Source: the human T2T-CHM13v2.0 reference genome, Homo sapiens. From it: a DNA stretch of 64,000 nt. The DNA lies in assembly GCF_009914755.1 (NCBI RefSeq), contig NC_060930.1; one strand, 5' to 3'. Shown here piece by piece: positions 1 to 11,550 of this stretch; the stretch's first letter is position 1; the number at the start of each line of letters is the position of its first letter. The notes beneath the pieces are model-generated. The model worked only from the letters and a program-made list of their open reading frames with translations. It was not told where the DNA came from and searched no databases. A program made the translations under genes and the position numbers.

Positions 1-140
1 CCCTCTGCATCAAAACCACTTTTTAGGACTCTTTGCTTCTCCATCTACCTTACCCATGTAGATTGTGCTTTAACTCCTTTAGTCTGATACATGGTAGGTA
101 CTTAATCATTTTTGAATGAAACTACATTTGTTTTAAACAG

Positions 141-392
141 GACTCAACTGGTGCATCTCGCCTTTCTGTAGCAGCACCATCTATACCTCTGCATATTCTA
201 GACTTTCGAGCTCCAGAGACCATTGAGAGTGTAGCTCAAGGAATCCGTAAGAACTGCCCCTTTGATTATGCCTGCATCACTGACATGGTGAAATCATCAG
301 AAACAACATCTGGAAATATTGCATTTATAGTGGAGTTATTAAAAAATATTTCTACAGACTTGTCTGATAATGTTACTCGAGAGAAAATGAAG
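141..392 (+). CDS. ADGRF4: ADGRF4 coding exon (extracellular region, DSTGASRL...VTREKMK)
   Basis: Acceptor ttttaaacag, donor AAG|gtattc; 252 nt = 84 open codons, in frame with the next exon; matches recalled GPR115 protein. Confidence 0.93.
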
Positions 393-688
393 GTATTCTT
401 TGTTAATCATTTAAAAATGATGTTTTTCTTAAAATTTTCATTTGAATAGTTTCAAATATACTTTCCAGGGCAAAAACTACAGTGACAGCAACCATCAAAG
501 CAACAGCAGGCATTTCACTTCGGTTTGGGATATTGATTCATTATAGTTTATGGAGGTTTTCAAGTAGTTAAAACATTTTTAATACCTATCTTTGTACACA
601 CTTCATATTTTGAAGAAAATATCACATAGTGTAGTGATGGCTATGAGCAAGACGGAATGTACACTAATGTTTCTAAATTATATTAGAA

Positions 689-1033
689 CAGGGGTCCCCA
701 ACACCCAGGCAGTGGATTGGTACCGGGCTGTGGCCTCTTAGGATCTGGGCTACACAGCAGGAGGTGAGCGGAGGGTGAGCGAACATTATCACCTGGGCTC
801 TGCCTCCTGTTGGATCAGCTGCAGCATTAGATTCTCGTAGAAGCACGGACCTTATTGTGAGCTGCCTATGAGAGGGATGTAGGTTGTGTGCTCCTTAGGA
901 AAATCTAATGCCTGATGATCTAAGGTGGAACAGTTTCATCCTGAAACCATCCCTACCTCTGCCACCCAGAGTCCATGGAAAAATTGTCTTTCATGAAGCT
1001 AGTACCCGGTGCCAAAAAGGTTGAGGACCACTG
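689..1033 (+). mobile_element. MER1B (hAT-Charlie MITE), full length
   Basis: Termini CAGGGGTCCCCAAC...GTTGAGGACCACTG; degenerate 8-bp TSD tattagaa/ctgtagaa. Confidence 0.88.
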
Positions 1034-1049
1034 CTGTAGAACATAACCA

Positions 1050-1347
1050 TTCTGAGAAATGTTAATGGAGATTCCATTTTTAAAAGGGAGATCTGTAGCC
1101 CATCAGTTGTGGGAGGTTCTGAGTTAAACAAAGTTAGGCAAGTTTCCATATGGCAGGACTTTTCAGAGCCTTTAATATCCTAATGAACTTTGGAATTCTT
1201 TGTAAGGCAGAGGGAGATAGGGACAGGGTGTGCAGTCTTTCTCAAGCTTGGATGACCAGAGAACATACCTCCACTCTCCTCCATTAAACAATCATTAAAA
1301 TCTCATGGGAAACTTGGGTTCTACACACTGCAGTCTGGAAATGCTGC
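1050..1347. mobile_element. Old hAT-Charlie fragment (Charlie4-like)
   Basis: ggactttTCAGAGCCTTTAATATcCTAATG and terminal ggaaatgctg resemble recalled consensus. Confidence 0.4.
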
Positions 1348-1582
1348 CCTGCGTGCAATAATAAAGCAGGTAAACCTTAGCTGTGATTTTTTTTTGCATT
1401 ATTTTACTTTTCTTCCCTCTGTGTGGCCTTACTAATGTGGATTCTAATACATAGGGAATTTGAAGAGAAATATGCCAAATAAGATTGGGTAACCTGATCT
1501 TTAGAAATTTCAGGTTTTAGAAATCAACTTTGTACAACAATGCGTAAATCCTTAGTATAATGTTCACCTTTCTCCATTGCAG

Positions 1583-2962
1583 AGCTATAGTGAAGTGGCC
1601 AACCACATCCTCGACACAGCAGCCATTTCAAACTGGGCTTTCATTCCCAACAAAAATGCCAGCTCGGATTTGTTGCAGTCAGTGAATTTGTTTGCCAGAC
1701 AACTCCACATCCACAATAATTCTGAGAACATTGTGAATGAACTCTTCATTCAGACAAAAGGGTTTCACATCAACCATAATACCTCAGAGAAAAGCCTCAA
1801 TTTCTCCATGAGCATGAACAATACCACAGAAGATATCTTAGGAATGGTACAGATTCCCAGGCAAGAGCTAAGGAAGCTGTGGCCAAATGCATCCCAAGCC
1901 ATTAGCATAGCTTTCCCAACCTTGGGGGCTATCCTGAGAGAAGCCCACTTGCAAAATGTGAGTCTTCCCAGACAGGTAAATGGTCTGGTGCTATCAGTGG
2001 TTTTACCAGAAAGGTTGCAAGAAATCATACTCACCTTCGAAAAGATCAATAAAACCCGCAATGCCAGAGCCCAGTGTGTTGGCTGGCACTCCAAGAAAAG
2101 GAGATGGGATGAGAAAGCGTGCCAAATGATGTTGGATATCAGGAACGAAGTGAAATGCCGCTGTAACTACACCAGTGTGGTGATGTCTTTTTCCATTCTC
2201 ATGTCCTCCAAATCGATGACCGACAAAGTTCTGGACTACATCACCTGCATTGGGCTCAGCGTCTCAATCCTAAGCTTGGTTCTTTGCCTGATCATTGAAG
2301 CCACAGTGTGGTCCCGGGTGGTTGTGACGGAGATATCATACATGCGTCACGTGTGCATCGTGAATATAGCAGTGTCCCTTCTGACTGCCAATGTGTGGTT
2401 TATCATAGGCTCTCACTTTAACATTAAGGCCCAGGACTACAACATGTGTGTTGCAGTGACATTTTTCAGCCACTTTTTCTACCTCTCTCTGTTTTTCTGG
2501 ATGCTCTTCAAAGCATTGCTCATCATTTATGGAATATTGGTCATTTTCCGTAGGATGATGAAGTCCCGAATGATGGTCATTGGCTTTGCCATTGGCTATG
2601 GGTGCCCATTGATCATTGCTGTCACTACAGTTGCTATCACAGAGCCAGAGAACGGCTACATGAGACCTGAGGCCTGTTGGCTTAACTGGGACAATACCAA
2701 AGCCCTTTTAGCATTTGCCATCCCGGCGTTCGTCATTGTGGCTGTAAATCTGATTGTGGTTTTGGTTGTTGCTGTCAACACTCAGAGGCCCTCTATTGGC
2801 AGTTCCAAGTCTCAGGATGTGGTCATAATTATGAGGATCAGCAAAAATGTTGCCATCCTCACTCCACTGCTGGGACTGACCTGGGGTTTTGGAATAGCCA
2901 CTCTCATAGAAGGCACTTCCTTGACGTTCCATATAATTTTTGCCTTGCTCAATGCTTTCCAG
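1583..2962 (+). CDS. ADGRF4: ADGRF4 large exon: GAIN domain, GPS and TM1-TM7
   Basis: ORF 1577-3004 trimmed to tctccattgcag| and CAG|gtaagt; 460 codons; GPS CVGW..W..C..CRC, seven hydrophobic helices, CWL and LLGLTWGFG adhesion-GPCR motifs. Confidence 0.97.
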
Positions 2963-4589
2963 GTAAGTTCCAAGAGGGAGACTTTTCTGTGTTACTCCGA
3001 CTAGACCACAAAAAAATGGCTATGATTTGAAATTATATAACACAAAATGTTCTCTCCACTTCCTTTTACATCTTAGGGTTATTTGGCTATGGCATCTGTG
3101 ACTGTATTGATTGTCAAGTTGAATTTAGCTGACCAGGGTGGTTGGGTGGAAATCTCCTTCCTTCTTTCCTCACTGATGCACCTGTATCCCTACTAAAGTT
3201 TCAATGTTAGAAGAAGCTAACCTTCACTTATAGAGGACTATTCTTTGGTCAGGGATATGTGAGGCTACATGTTATGCCTCAAAACAAGCATATTTTTTAT
3301 CCTTTATCCAGTGGTTTGGGAACTCAGTGAGATAACAGTCACTTTCTATATTATGAAGTAATGGGCCTTGCCACTCACTTTGGGTGTTAGCCAGTCAGGA
3401 GTTCTCATACCTCTTTCCTGCTAGTCCCTGTGAAATAAAAATAAATTGTTATTTATAGAAACAGATCTTGCCATATGTTAGCTGATCTTGGGAATGCCAC
3501 TTTTCTCTGGGCCTCAACTATTTGGTTCTTTGCAGTAGAATGTTCCCCACTACTCTTTTAAATAATGTAACTAAACATCAAAGTATTCCTATTAACATGT
3601 CAGTATCATTCTGTTTAAAAGCATGATACAAAATAGAAAGCAGACTTTAAAGAAATGCCAACTCAGATCAATTATATATCTTACTCATAATTCTGTAGTA
3701 ACTATAGAGCACATTTATTATACTCTTTCTGTTGCATTGCTTTACAGTGAAATCTTTGACATGAGGGATTTTTTTTTTTTTAAATCAAAGACTCTGGGAC
3801 TTTTGATAAATTTCCCCACTCTTGAAGTTACTCTGGTGAGTAATGATCTCATCCTTTCTTACTTTGCAATTTAATTAAACCCTGGGAAATTTTGCTCTGT
3901 ATTTCTTTTTCAGTTCATTTGTGTTTCTCTCTTCTTGATAGAAAGAAAAATACCCAAATGCTTTTAGTTATATACATTTCTCCTTTCTCAGCAAGCTCTT
4001 CCTAAAATTTTAATCTGATGAGTGTTTCTTCACCATGAACTCTCCTTAGATTGATAGTGAAAAGACCCTAGCCTTATAAATCTCTGTAGCATTCTCTTTC
4101 TTTTATGTAGAAATGTTTTTTTTTTCCACCAGCTTAGAGGCCTTGGCTGTCTATTTACTGACTTTTAACTCCAACTCAAAGTAGACTAGAATATAAGTTT
4201 CGTTTTCTTAAGACACCTTCCATGATTGTGATTTTGAATTACAAGTTTCTGTCACATGTTTCTGTCATCACGAGTAGAAACAGCTACCTCAATATTTGGG
4301 AAGAAAGTAACATAACTGCATAAGGCTGAAAACTATCCTACATCTACAGCCATTCAATAAATATCAATAACCCTCCTGCACATTCCTTTGTGGGTGATGA
4401 TCCTCTTCCAAGGGTGGGGGCAGACTCAAAGGAACACCCATCAGTGCATTTTTATCTGCATTAGTGGAAACTGAACTTTCTAATGTCCAATAACTGCCCT
4501 AGGAGGTATCTAGAAGAGCGGTATGAAAATAACAGCAGGAATATTTTTTGAAAAACCATCCCTCATGAATCTGTTCAATTTTGCCACAG

Positions 4590-4631
4590 GGTTTTTTCAT
4601 CCTGCTGTTTGGAACCATTATGGATCACAAG
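4590..4631 (+). CDS. ADGRF4: ADGRF4 exon (GFFILLFGTIMDHK, end of TM7)
   Basis: ttttgccacag| ... AAG|gtaatt; 42 nt; completes the family motif NAFQ-GFFI. Confidence 0.93.
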
Positions 4632-5075
4632 GTAATTTAAATTTGCTTCCTCCTTATAAATGGTTTTCATGTGGCTGGGGGAAGCAGGAGGATGAAGCAG
4701 TTTTGATTGGAGAGCATACTCCAGGGGAGTTGAGTTTGTGAGGATGGTTCAAGGAATCAGCTGTGAAAAGAAAAAAAAAACACACCAATATTCTGTCATT
4801 TCTTGCTCTTTATCAAGTCAACAGGAGGCTGTGTGCAAGTATTGCTGGTGAAAAGAATGGAAATCATAATCACAATTTTAGTCCTAATACCAAATCCCAA
4901 ATCTAATTATAATTACACCCTAGCTTTTATCCAAATCTTGTTACTTGCCAGTCACTATGCTAAGTCCTCTGATATTGCTTCTGCCAGGGTTACTGGTCTT
5001 AAAGTTTCAGGACAGGCAATTCTGTTGTTTCTTCCAACATCTGTGAGGTACTTCTCATTGTCATTGCTTCTTTAG

Positions 5076-5135
5076 ATAAGAGATGCTTTGAGGATGAGGA
5101 TGTCTTCACTGAAGGGGAAATCGAGGGCAGCTGAG
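5076..5135 (+). CDS. ADGRF4: ADGRF4 exon (IRDALRMRMSSLKGKSRAAE)
   Basis: gcttctttag| ... GAG|gtaagc; 60 nt, phase 0. Confidence 0.92.
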
Positions 5136-5399
5136 GTAAGCCTTCCCCTTTTAGTCTCAGCCCTGGAGAGTCCGTGTCCTTGCCGGTTATGCAGAGACAA
5201 ATACCATAGCTCAGTACTCAGGATCTGTGGGCAAAGAGGATCAATAAAGCGTACTTCATTCATTCATTTCTTCATTCGGTAAATTTGGAGTGTTCTGCTA
5301 AAACTGAAGGTCAGTGGAATATACCCTTCAAGGGAATGTTTCACATTGGATGTATTTCAGCTTGACATTTGAACCCATCAAGATGGGACCACATGAACT

Positions 5400-5570
5400 C
5401 AGGATCACAGATTGGTAAAATGTGAGAGCGCTGAAATGAGAAATGAGTTAGAAATGAGATTCTAGTCCAACCCATTCATTTTACAGGTATGGAAATCAAA
5501 GCCCAGAATACTTATGGGATGGGCACATGGCCACCCAGCTAATCAGTAGCAGAATCACAACAGGGAGCAA
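5400..5570 (-). mobile_element. MIR SINE
   Basis: ctagtccaacccattcattttacag...gcccaga MIR core. Confidence 0.6.
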
Positions 5571-5855
5571 TTGGCATTAAAATCTCTTTCCATTCTCCTT
5601 ATTTGAGACTCTTTTGAGTAAACCATACTCTCTTGGATTGGAGTATCTATGTATTTAGAGATCTTGAAGACTTTGGGCCTGGCTATCAGTCTCTTAAGGC
5701 ACAAAGTAAAATTGCTGATACTACTTTATTAATTAGAAGTTATTTGTTTAACCTACAGATTCACATTAGGAGCCCCTTCCTTAAAAACGAAAACTTTTTG
5801 GATACATTGATAACTACCATTTATATTTAGATAGCATTGAGTGGGACTTTTAGTA

Positions 5856-6032
5856 TCATAATTTATCTATTCTAAGATAGGCATTTTCTTCGTCTTTTAA
5901 CGTTTCTGAAATTGGAATGTATCTTATATTCAATGGCATGTCATAGTTTAGTTGGAAAGTTTTGTTTCTTTTTATTTTTTAGCAGAACATAAAAATAACG
6001 ATGTAGCTTACACTTAGATTCAGTGAAATATG
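5856..6032 (+). mobile_element. MER104 (TcMar-Tc2 MITE)
   Basis: attctaagat...tctgaaattggaatgtatctta...cttagattcagtgaaatatg with terminal inverted repeats. Confidence 0.7.
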
Positions 6033-6172
6033 ATAATTTACTTCTGTGTAGCTATATCAGTGTGGGTACTCCTTTTCATGTATTCATTTTCACATATTTA
6101 TCTCTAGAGAGGGATATACATTTTGTCAATATAATTACTCATTACCACCACTGTTATTTTTCCCCCACTTAG

Positions 6173-6226
6173 AATGCATCACTAGGCCCAACCAATGGAT
6201 CTAAATTAATGAATCGTCAAGGATGA
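6173..6226 (+). CDS. ADGRF4: ADGRF4 last coding exon (NASLGPTNGSKLMNRQG*); exon extends to 6229
   Basis: tttttcccccacttag|; TGA at 6224-6226; donor AAT|gtgagt at 6230; C-terminus matches the recalled 695-aa protein. Confidence 0.9.
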   Translation, partial: NASLGPTNGSKLMNRQG

Positions 6227-8811
6227 AATGTGAGTATTAAAAATATAAAGAGAAATTTCACTTGCAATTTGTGTCAATCCACCAATGCCCCTTGTGACCA
6301 CACTATTGCCTGCTACGTGCTGCCAGAATGAGGTGGGAGGGGAAGAGGGGGACATCTTTTTCAAAGAATGGAAACATCTTTATTGTCTAGCACATAAATG
6401 AAAATATGTACATTTTCTGTAAAACCTATGTCATCTCAGCTTACAGACCAAACCCATCACACCTGCTGTCTACAGTGCTCACATACCTTAATTCCATCTT
6501 GTCAGTGAGTAATAACACTCATAATAGCCCCATTGTTGAAAAAGAACACTTGATTGATTGGAATTACAAAGCAACAGGTCTGTCTTTCTTAATGAAGTGG
6601 AACCCAGAATCATTCCTAAGGGGGTATGGGTGGGGTTGTGGCAAATTAGCTACCTACTTATAGCCAACCCCTGAGACATATTTCTACACAGGTGAAACCA
6701 GGGGAGAACACACATTAGGCAGCCAGGAAGCAGGAGAATAAGTCACAAAATGGCAGCCAGAAGCCTGAGAGGTACTGGGGGAATGTGGGCAGGGATGATC
6801 AACCTTGGGAATGGGTTTGCTTGGAGAGGTTTCGTGGCCTTTCTGAATTGTTATAGAAGAGTTTCAGACTTTCAAACAAAATACCATTTGGCAGCAGCCA
6901 CATCCTTTTTATATTTCTTTCCCTTTCTAAGTCATGGTCCATATACTGAGCAATGGGCCAAAACAAGGGGCTGAGTCTCATGGAACCAAAGACACTCTGA
7001 GTTGGAAAAACCTTTAAGGGACATCCATGTTACAGACCCTACAAACCATATGCTGTGCTGGTATGGGATACTGACATACAGTCGCAGGGAGAGGGAGAGA
7101 GAGGTGGAGGGCTGTGTCATATACATGGAGTGGCATGTGTTAGTGCTGGGAAAACGGGGAGAGGAAAACACAGGCCTGTTATCTTTAATAATTGTCCTCC
7201 TATTTGAAATTTTATAGGAGACCTTTACAAAAGTTGACCCTTCTGCTCGCTGCCCATTTCCTAGTCTGTCAGCTTCCTCGGGGATGAAACATCGCTATAA
7301 CGTTTCTTAATTTGCCACTAATAGAGAGTCATTAATTCAAATGACCTATTAAAAACACAGCTGGCCTTTCTATTAAGGTCCTACTTAAAGAACCGCTTGT
7401 TTTAGGTTTATCAGACTGTCTCAGGTGGAGGGGGCCCTGCCTTTGGGGGATACTGTGTCCAGCCTTTCAAGAGAAGAAGTGCGTAGTGAAGGCCTTATCT
7501 CCACCTGGTTGGGGATCCTAGGTTGGCTGTAGTCTAAGTTGGAGAAACACAGTAGAAGGCAAGATCAGGAGCTACACTACTTACTAGGGTTGGGGATGTA
7601 CAAAGGAGTCTGCCAGTATTAGAAGGAAGTCCAGGAAGGAGGTGGAATGCCCTTACAATACTCTCTGAAGAAGTCTTCATCACATAATTCTCTATCAAGT
7701 TGCTGTATTTTTGAAGCTACATGAGGTAGGCGAGGAACTGAGGACTGGATTCTTTTAGCATATCCCTTGCAAGTGGCTCTGTGCCTATTGAATTTTCTCA
7801 GTATTGGGGACTATGCTTTTCACATCTGGACACACATGGTACCAGAAGGGCTCTATAATTGCAGCTGGCATCATGGTAGACCATGTTGGGGACCTAACAA
7901 AGATTACAGTACAGGGCTAAGAAATTCACACTAGATGATCCTCCAAAGTCCAGAGTGGAGGGTGGCAGCACCAGGGGGTCTCTCAGCGGAGACAGGGGCC
8001 CCACACACAGTGTTCAGGGCAAAACCCCAGGCACACTGGGGGTGTTTGGTAAGCACCAGGAGAGGTGGTGGTCCAGGGCAGGGCTGAACCACGAGGGAAG
8101 GCAGTGTTCCAGACCTTCACCAAGAATAGAGGATCGAAGGCTGACATGCTCTCAGGAGGTAGGCAGAATTCTGGGAAATGGGTCGAGAGGTCAGAACTGG
8201 ACTTGCAAGGAGAATTGAGGCTTCCAGTGTTGGGGGACACTCCTCATATCCCAATGATCGCAGGTCAGAATTGTTCTTAGAAACAGGGTTGAGACAGGTC
8301 TGTCAGGTGGTCCCAGGGTCAGGGAAGGAGGACTGCAGAGGTGGAGAAACAGGGAACTTAGCTTTGGGTATAGATTCTCATTGGGAACCCCATTCTGGGA
8401 GGCAGGGGAGAGAGGGCCACGGCATTCTGTTGGCGGCCACAGCTCCACAGCACCTTCTGTTGTTCATATCAAGGGTAGGACAAGCTGGCTGTTAGATTCC
8501 AGGGGCACCAGGAAGGCTCTGGGTTCCTCCAGTGTCTTGCATGTATTTGTTTATGCCTGTTTAGTATTGGTTTATCACTAAAAGGATACAGAGTTTTTCA
8601 CTCCACAATAATAAATGAGACTGGTTGAGCATATACCCGGAGGGAAGCAACACGGTTTACAATGTAAATTCACAGCAGCAGAGGCATTCTAGAATCCAAG
8701 TTCAGACAGCAGAGCGGGAGAGAGGGCACTGAGCACCGAGTTTAGGGTGGAAGGAGCAGCCCAGGGAAGGCAAAGGGCACCAAAAATTGCAGCTGGGAGA
8801 ATCGCCTTTTT

Positions 8812-8956
8812 ACTGTCTGACCTTGAGGAAATTACTCAACGGCTCTGTGCTTCATTTCGTCTTCTGTAAAGCAGAGTTAATAATAGTACATGCCTCCCAG
8901 GATAGTTTCAGGATTAAATGAGCTAACACGTTAAAAACCCAATGCAAGCTATTATT
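8812..8956 (+). mobile_element. MIR SINE just upstream of the last ADGRF4 acceptor
   Basis: tgaccttg...ctctgtgcttcattt...ctgtaaa...taataatagtac...ggattaaatgag. Confidence 0.75.
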
Positions 8957-8991
8957 CTTGCTATTAATTGTTTTTCAACCATATTTCCCAG

Positions 8992-9800
8992 GCTGCCCCA
9001 TTTCTCATGGATGTCCTGAGACCAAGAGGGGAGATCCAGGAGAAAGAGGCCATGGAAAGCAGGCTGGAGTGAGGAGGAATGGTCATGCTTCCTTGGAAGA
9101 CTTTCTCTTCTTGTCAGGAGTGACTCCCAAGCTCTTGGTCGGCCGAAGAAAAACTGAGGATAACATTTGCTGACTGGGCTTTAAGGAGCATGATTTATGG
9201 ACCCCTTAACCTACCCGTGCCCTGCAAGAGGCTGGCTTCTTGGTCAATCTTGACTAGATTAAGAGTCAATCTGCAAGCCATTTTATGGTCTCCCTGGCCA
9301 GCTGGGGGCTGTAGGGCCCTGCTGGGCTTGGTCGTCTTTCACTCCTGAGGCCTGCTCTGTGGCTCCATAGCTCAGTCCTCCATCACTCTGCGTGGATCCT
9401 GGGTACTTTGGACAGTGAGGGTTCGATCCAATTTTAGGGGTAGGGTTGGGGGTGGGAGTGGGAGTGTGGGTTGGCAGGAGGAAGAATGAGTCTACTTTGG
9501 AGACAATTAAGTCATGGTACGTTTCCTAAAGATAGGGAACGGAAGAAAAGCAAGAGAACTGTTTAATATGCTGATTATTTTAGTCTATTTTAGACCTTGA
9601 GTAAACTAATTTAGCTTCTAGGATCCAAGTTTCCTTATTTGTGAAACAGGAAAAAAAAATTCTTGTAGGTATTACTGTTTGTGTGTTTGAGTTTACTGCA
9701 CATGTTTGTGTTTGTGTATATGTGTCTTTTAAAAATACTATATATAAAGAAGATTCTGGTTGTTATTTTAGACATAAACGAATATATGTACCTTTCACAA
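8992..9800 (+). other. ADGRF4: ADGRF4 non-coding last exon (3'UTR); 3' end approximate
   Basis: Acceptor tttttcaaccatatttcccag|gctgcccc; unique sequence ending near variant poly(A) hexamers with a GT-rich tract downstream. Confidence 0.75.
9743..9786 (+). terminator. Variant polyadenylation hexamers TATAAA (9743), CATAAA (9773), AATATA (9781)
   Basis: No AATAAA in this exon; GT-rich element at ~9805-9820. Confidence 0.45.
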
Positions 9801-10072
9801 CTTGCGCATGTGTGAGTTCATTTGAGATGGGCTTCTCCGTTGGTACCACACATTCTTGGGTACCAGTGCTGCTATCAATCCACCTCAGTGCATTGACCGT
9901 ACCTACAGGAGGCCTGAGAATGCAAGCCTGCCATGTGTTCACAGGGCGGGAACCTGGAAATATTTAGCAAAGAGCTCTAGTGTCTTTCAGGGACTCTCAG
10001 TGAAATTTCTATCACCAGTTTGGTTTTATAGTGAGGCACTCAGTACTGAAGAAGGACATTTGTGTGGGTAGA

Positions 10073-10388
10073 GCACTCTGTTCAAATTGTGGAAGTCGTA
10101 AAAGCCGATTAGTGGTCATGTTTTTTCATAAAACAAACCACAAAACAACTGAATGAATATCTCTTCGCAGGGCTCCTGTCAAAACCTTTAGTATTGGTTT
10201 AGAAACAAGATAAGACTTGGTTTCAAACTAAATGCACTTTGTTCAAATTGTGGAAGTCATAAAAGCCAGTTAGTGGTCACGCTTTTTCATAAAACAACAA
10301 AACAACTCAATGAATATCTCTTTGCAGGGGCATGTCAGAACTTTTAGTATTGGTTTAGAAACAAGATAAGATTTGGTTTCAACCTAAT
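10073..10388 (+). repeat. Tandem duplication, 2 copies, period 161 bp
   Basis: Copies begin gcactctgttcaaattgtgg (10073) and gcactttgttcaaattgtgg (10234); roughly 88-90% identical. Confidence 0.92.
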
Positions 10389-10770
10389 AGTAATTATTTA
10401 AAGGGTGAAAATTCTAGGTCAGTTGCAAATTTTTCTCCTCTCATAAAAATGAAAATAAAATGTTCATTGGAGAGACATGAATTTAACTTTTAGATGTATG
10501 AAAGTTCCTTAGCATTAATTTATTAATCCACATTTCCTTCCTGACTCTTGCCACTATAAAAACAACTTTTATTTCTCTCAATCCAGAAATTCCTGAGCAT
10601 TATGCAATTCTAAGCCAAATAATTGCCTTTGGTTGAGTAGATTTATTCGGTACTGTAACAAGGCCAAATTTATGATTTCCGTATGCTAATACCATTTAGT
10701 CTTTCTTTTCCATATTTTCCAAAGCTTTCCATCTTTGTAGCACATAGTAAGAGAAATATAGTACTAGGTG

Positions 10771-11423
10771 CAGTCAGTTCTGCAATAAGGCCACATATGC
10801 ATTTCTAAAAATCACCTCGCTCTGCAAAATAGGCAATAAAAACCACAGAGCTTATGGGGAAAATGGATTAGAGATAAGACGTGGCAAAACTTTGTCAGAG
10901 ACACATTAAAAAAGATAACTGAATAAAAATTATAGCACAGTTTTACTCATACTAAATGGTCAAGAAACATATAAATATAACTCTCTCTCTCTGTCTCTCT
11001 CTCTCTATATATATATATACACACACACTTTCCATTGAAGAAGATCTGAAATTTGCTTTTGGAAGTAGCTGTCAAAAAGGTTGCAGGTTGTTAGTTATTG
11101 TGAAGGAAGGTTATCTGACATTGATAGAAAGTTGTAACACCAGAAGTAAATTGGTGTAGCTTATAACACATGCAGTGCATTGAGAGAGCTGGTAGATGGT
11201 TGAAGTTTGTGTGTGTGTGGGTGAGTGTGTGCATGTTTTGTATACACCTACATTACTTGATTCATGTACATACAGTTTTCTGGGTTCACCTAATGTTTCT
11301 TGAAGATGGTACCACATATTAGCAAACATGAAATTCATGTTATGTTCAAATTATTCCCTAATATATCCATCCAGTTAGAACAAATTCTTGTTTTCAAAAC
11401 AAGCATTATAGCAGAACTGACTG
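10771..11423 (-). mobile_element. MER82 (TcMar-Tigger), full length, with internal (CT)n(AT)n(AC)n microsatellite at 10981-11028
   Basis: TIRs CAGTCAGTTCTGCaATAA / TTATAGCAGAACTGACTG; flanks TG/TA. Confidence 0.85.
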
Positions 11424-11459
11424 TATTTCGTGGTAAACCACCATAAAGAATAGTGAGTT

Positions 11460-11550
11460 CCAGCACTGAAATGCATTAAAAACCACCTAGAAAGCTTCTA
11501 AAACCATGAAACCCTGAGCCTTACCCCCAGAGATTCTGATTCAGTTAGTC
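11460..11550. mobile_element. MER5A fragment
   Basis: ccccagagattctgattcagttagtct. Confidence 0.5.

Noticed and set aside
2092-2104. KKRR as an alternative furin site in the GPS region
   Set aside because: Lacks the P4 Arg of the R-X-K/R-R consensus; no further support
1577-3004. 475-aa single-exon gene as shown in the ORF track
   Set aside because: The start is a TTG inside the splice acceptor; this is an internal ADGRF4 exon (1583-2962)
7955-8581. Cluster of overlapping ORFs and a CACCAGGGGG CTCF-like motif
   Set aside because: No recognisable protein; GC-rich intron gives chance ORFs; the motif misses key CTCF positions
10073-10388. CRISPR-like array
   Set aside because: Two long diverged copies without spacers, in mammalian DNA
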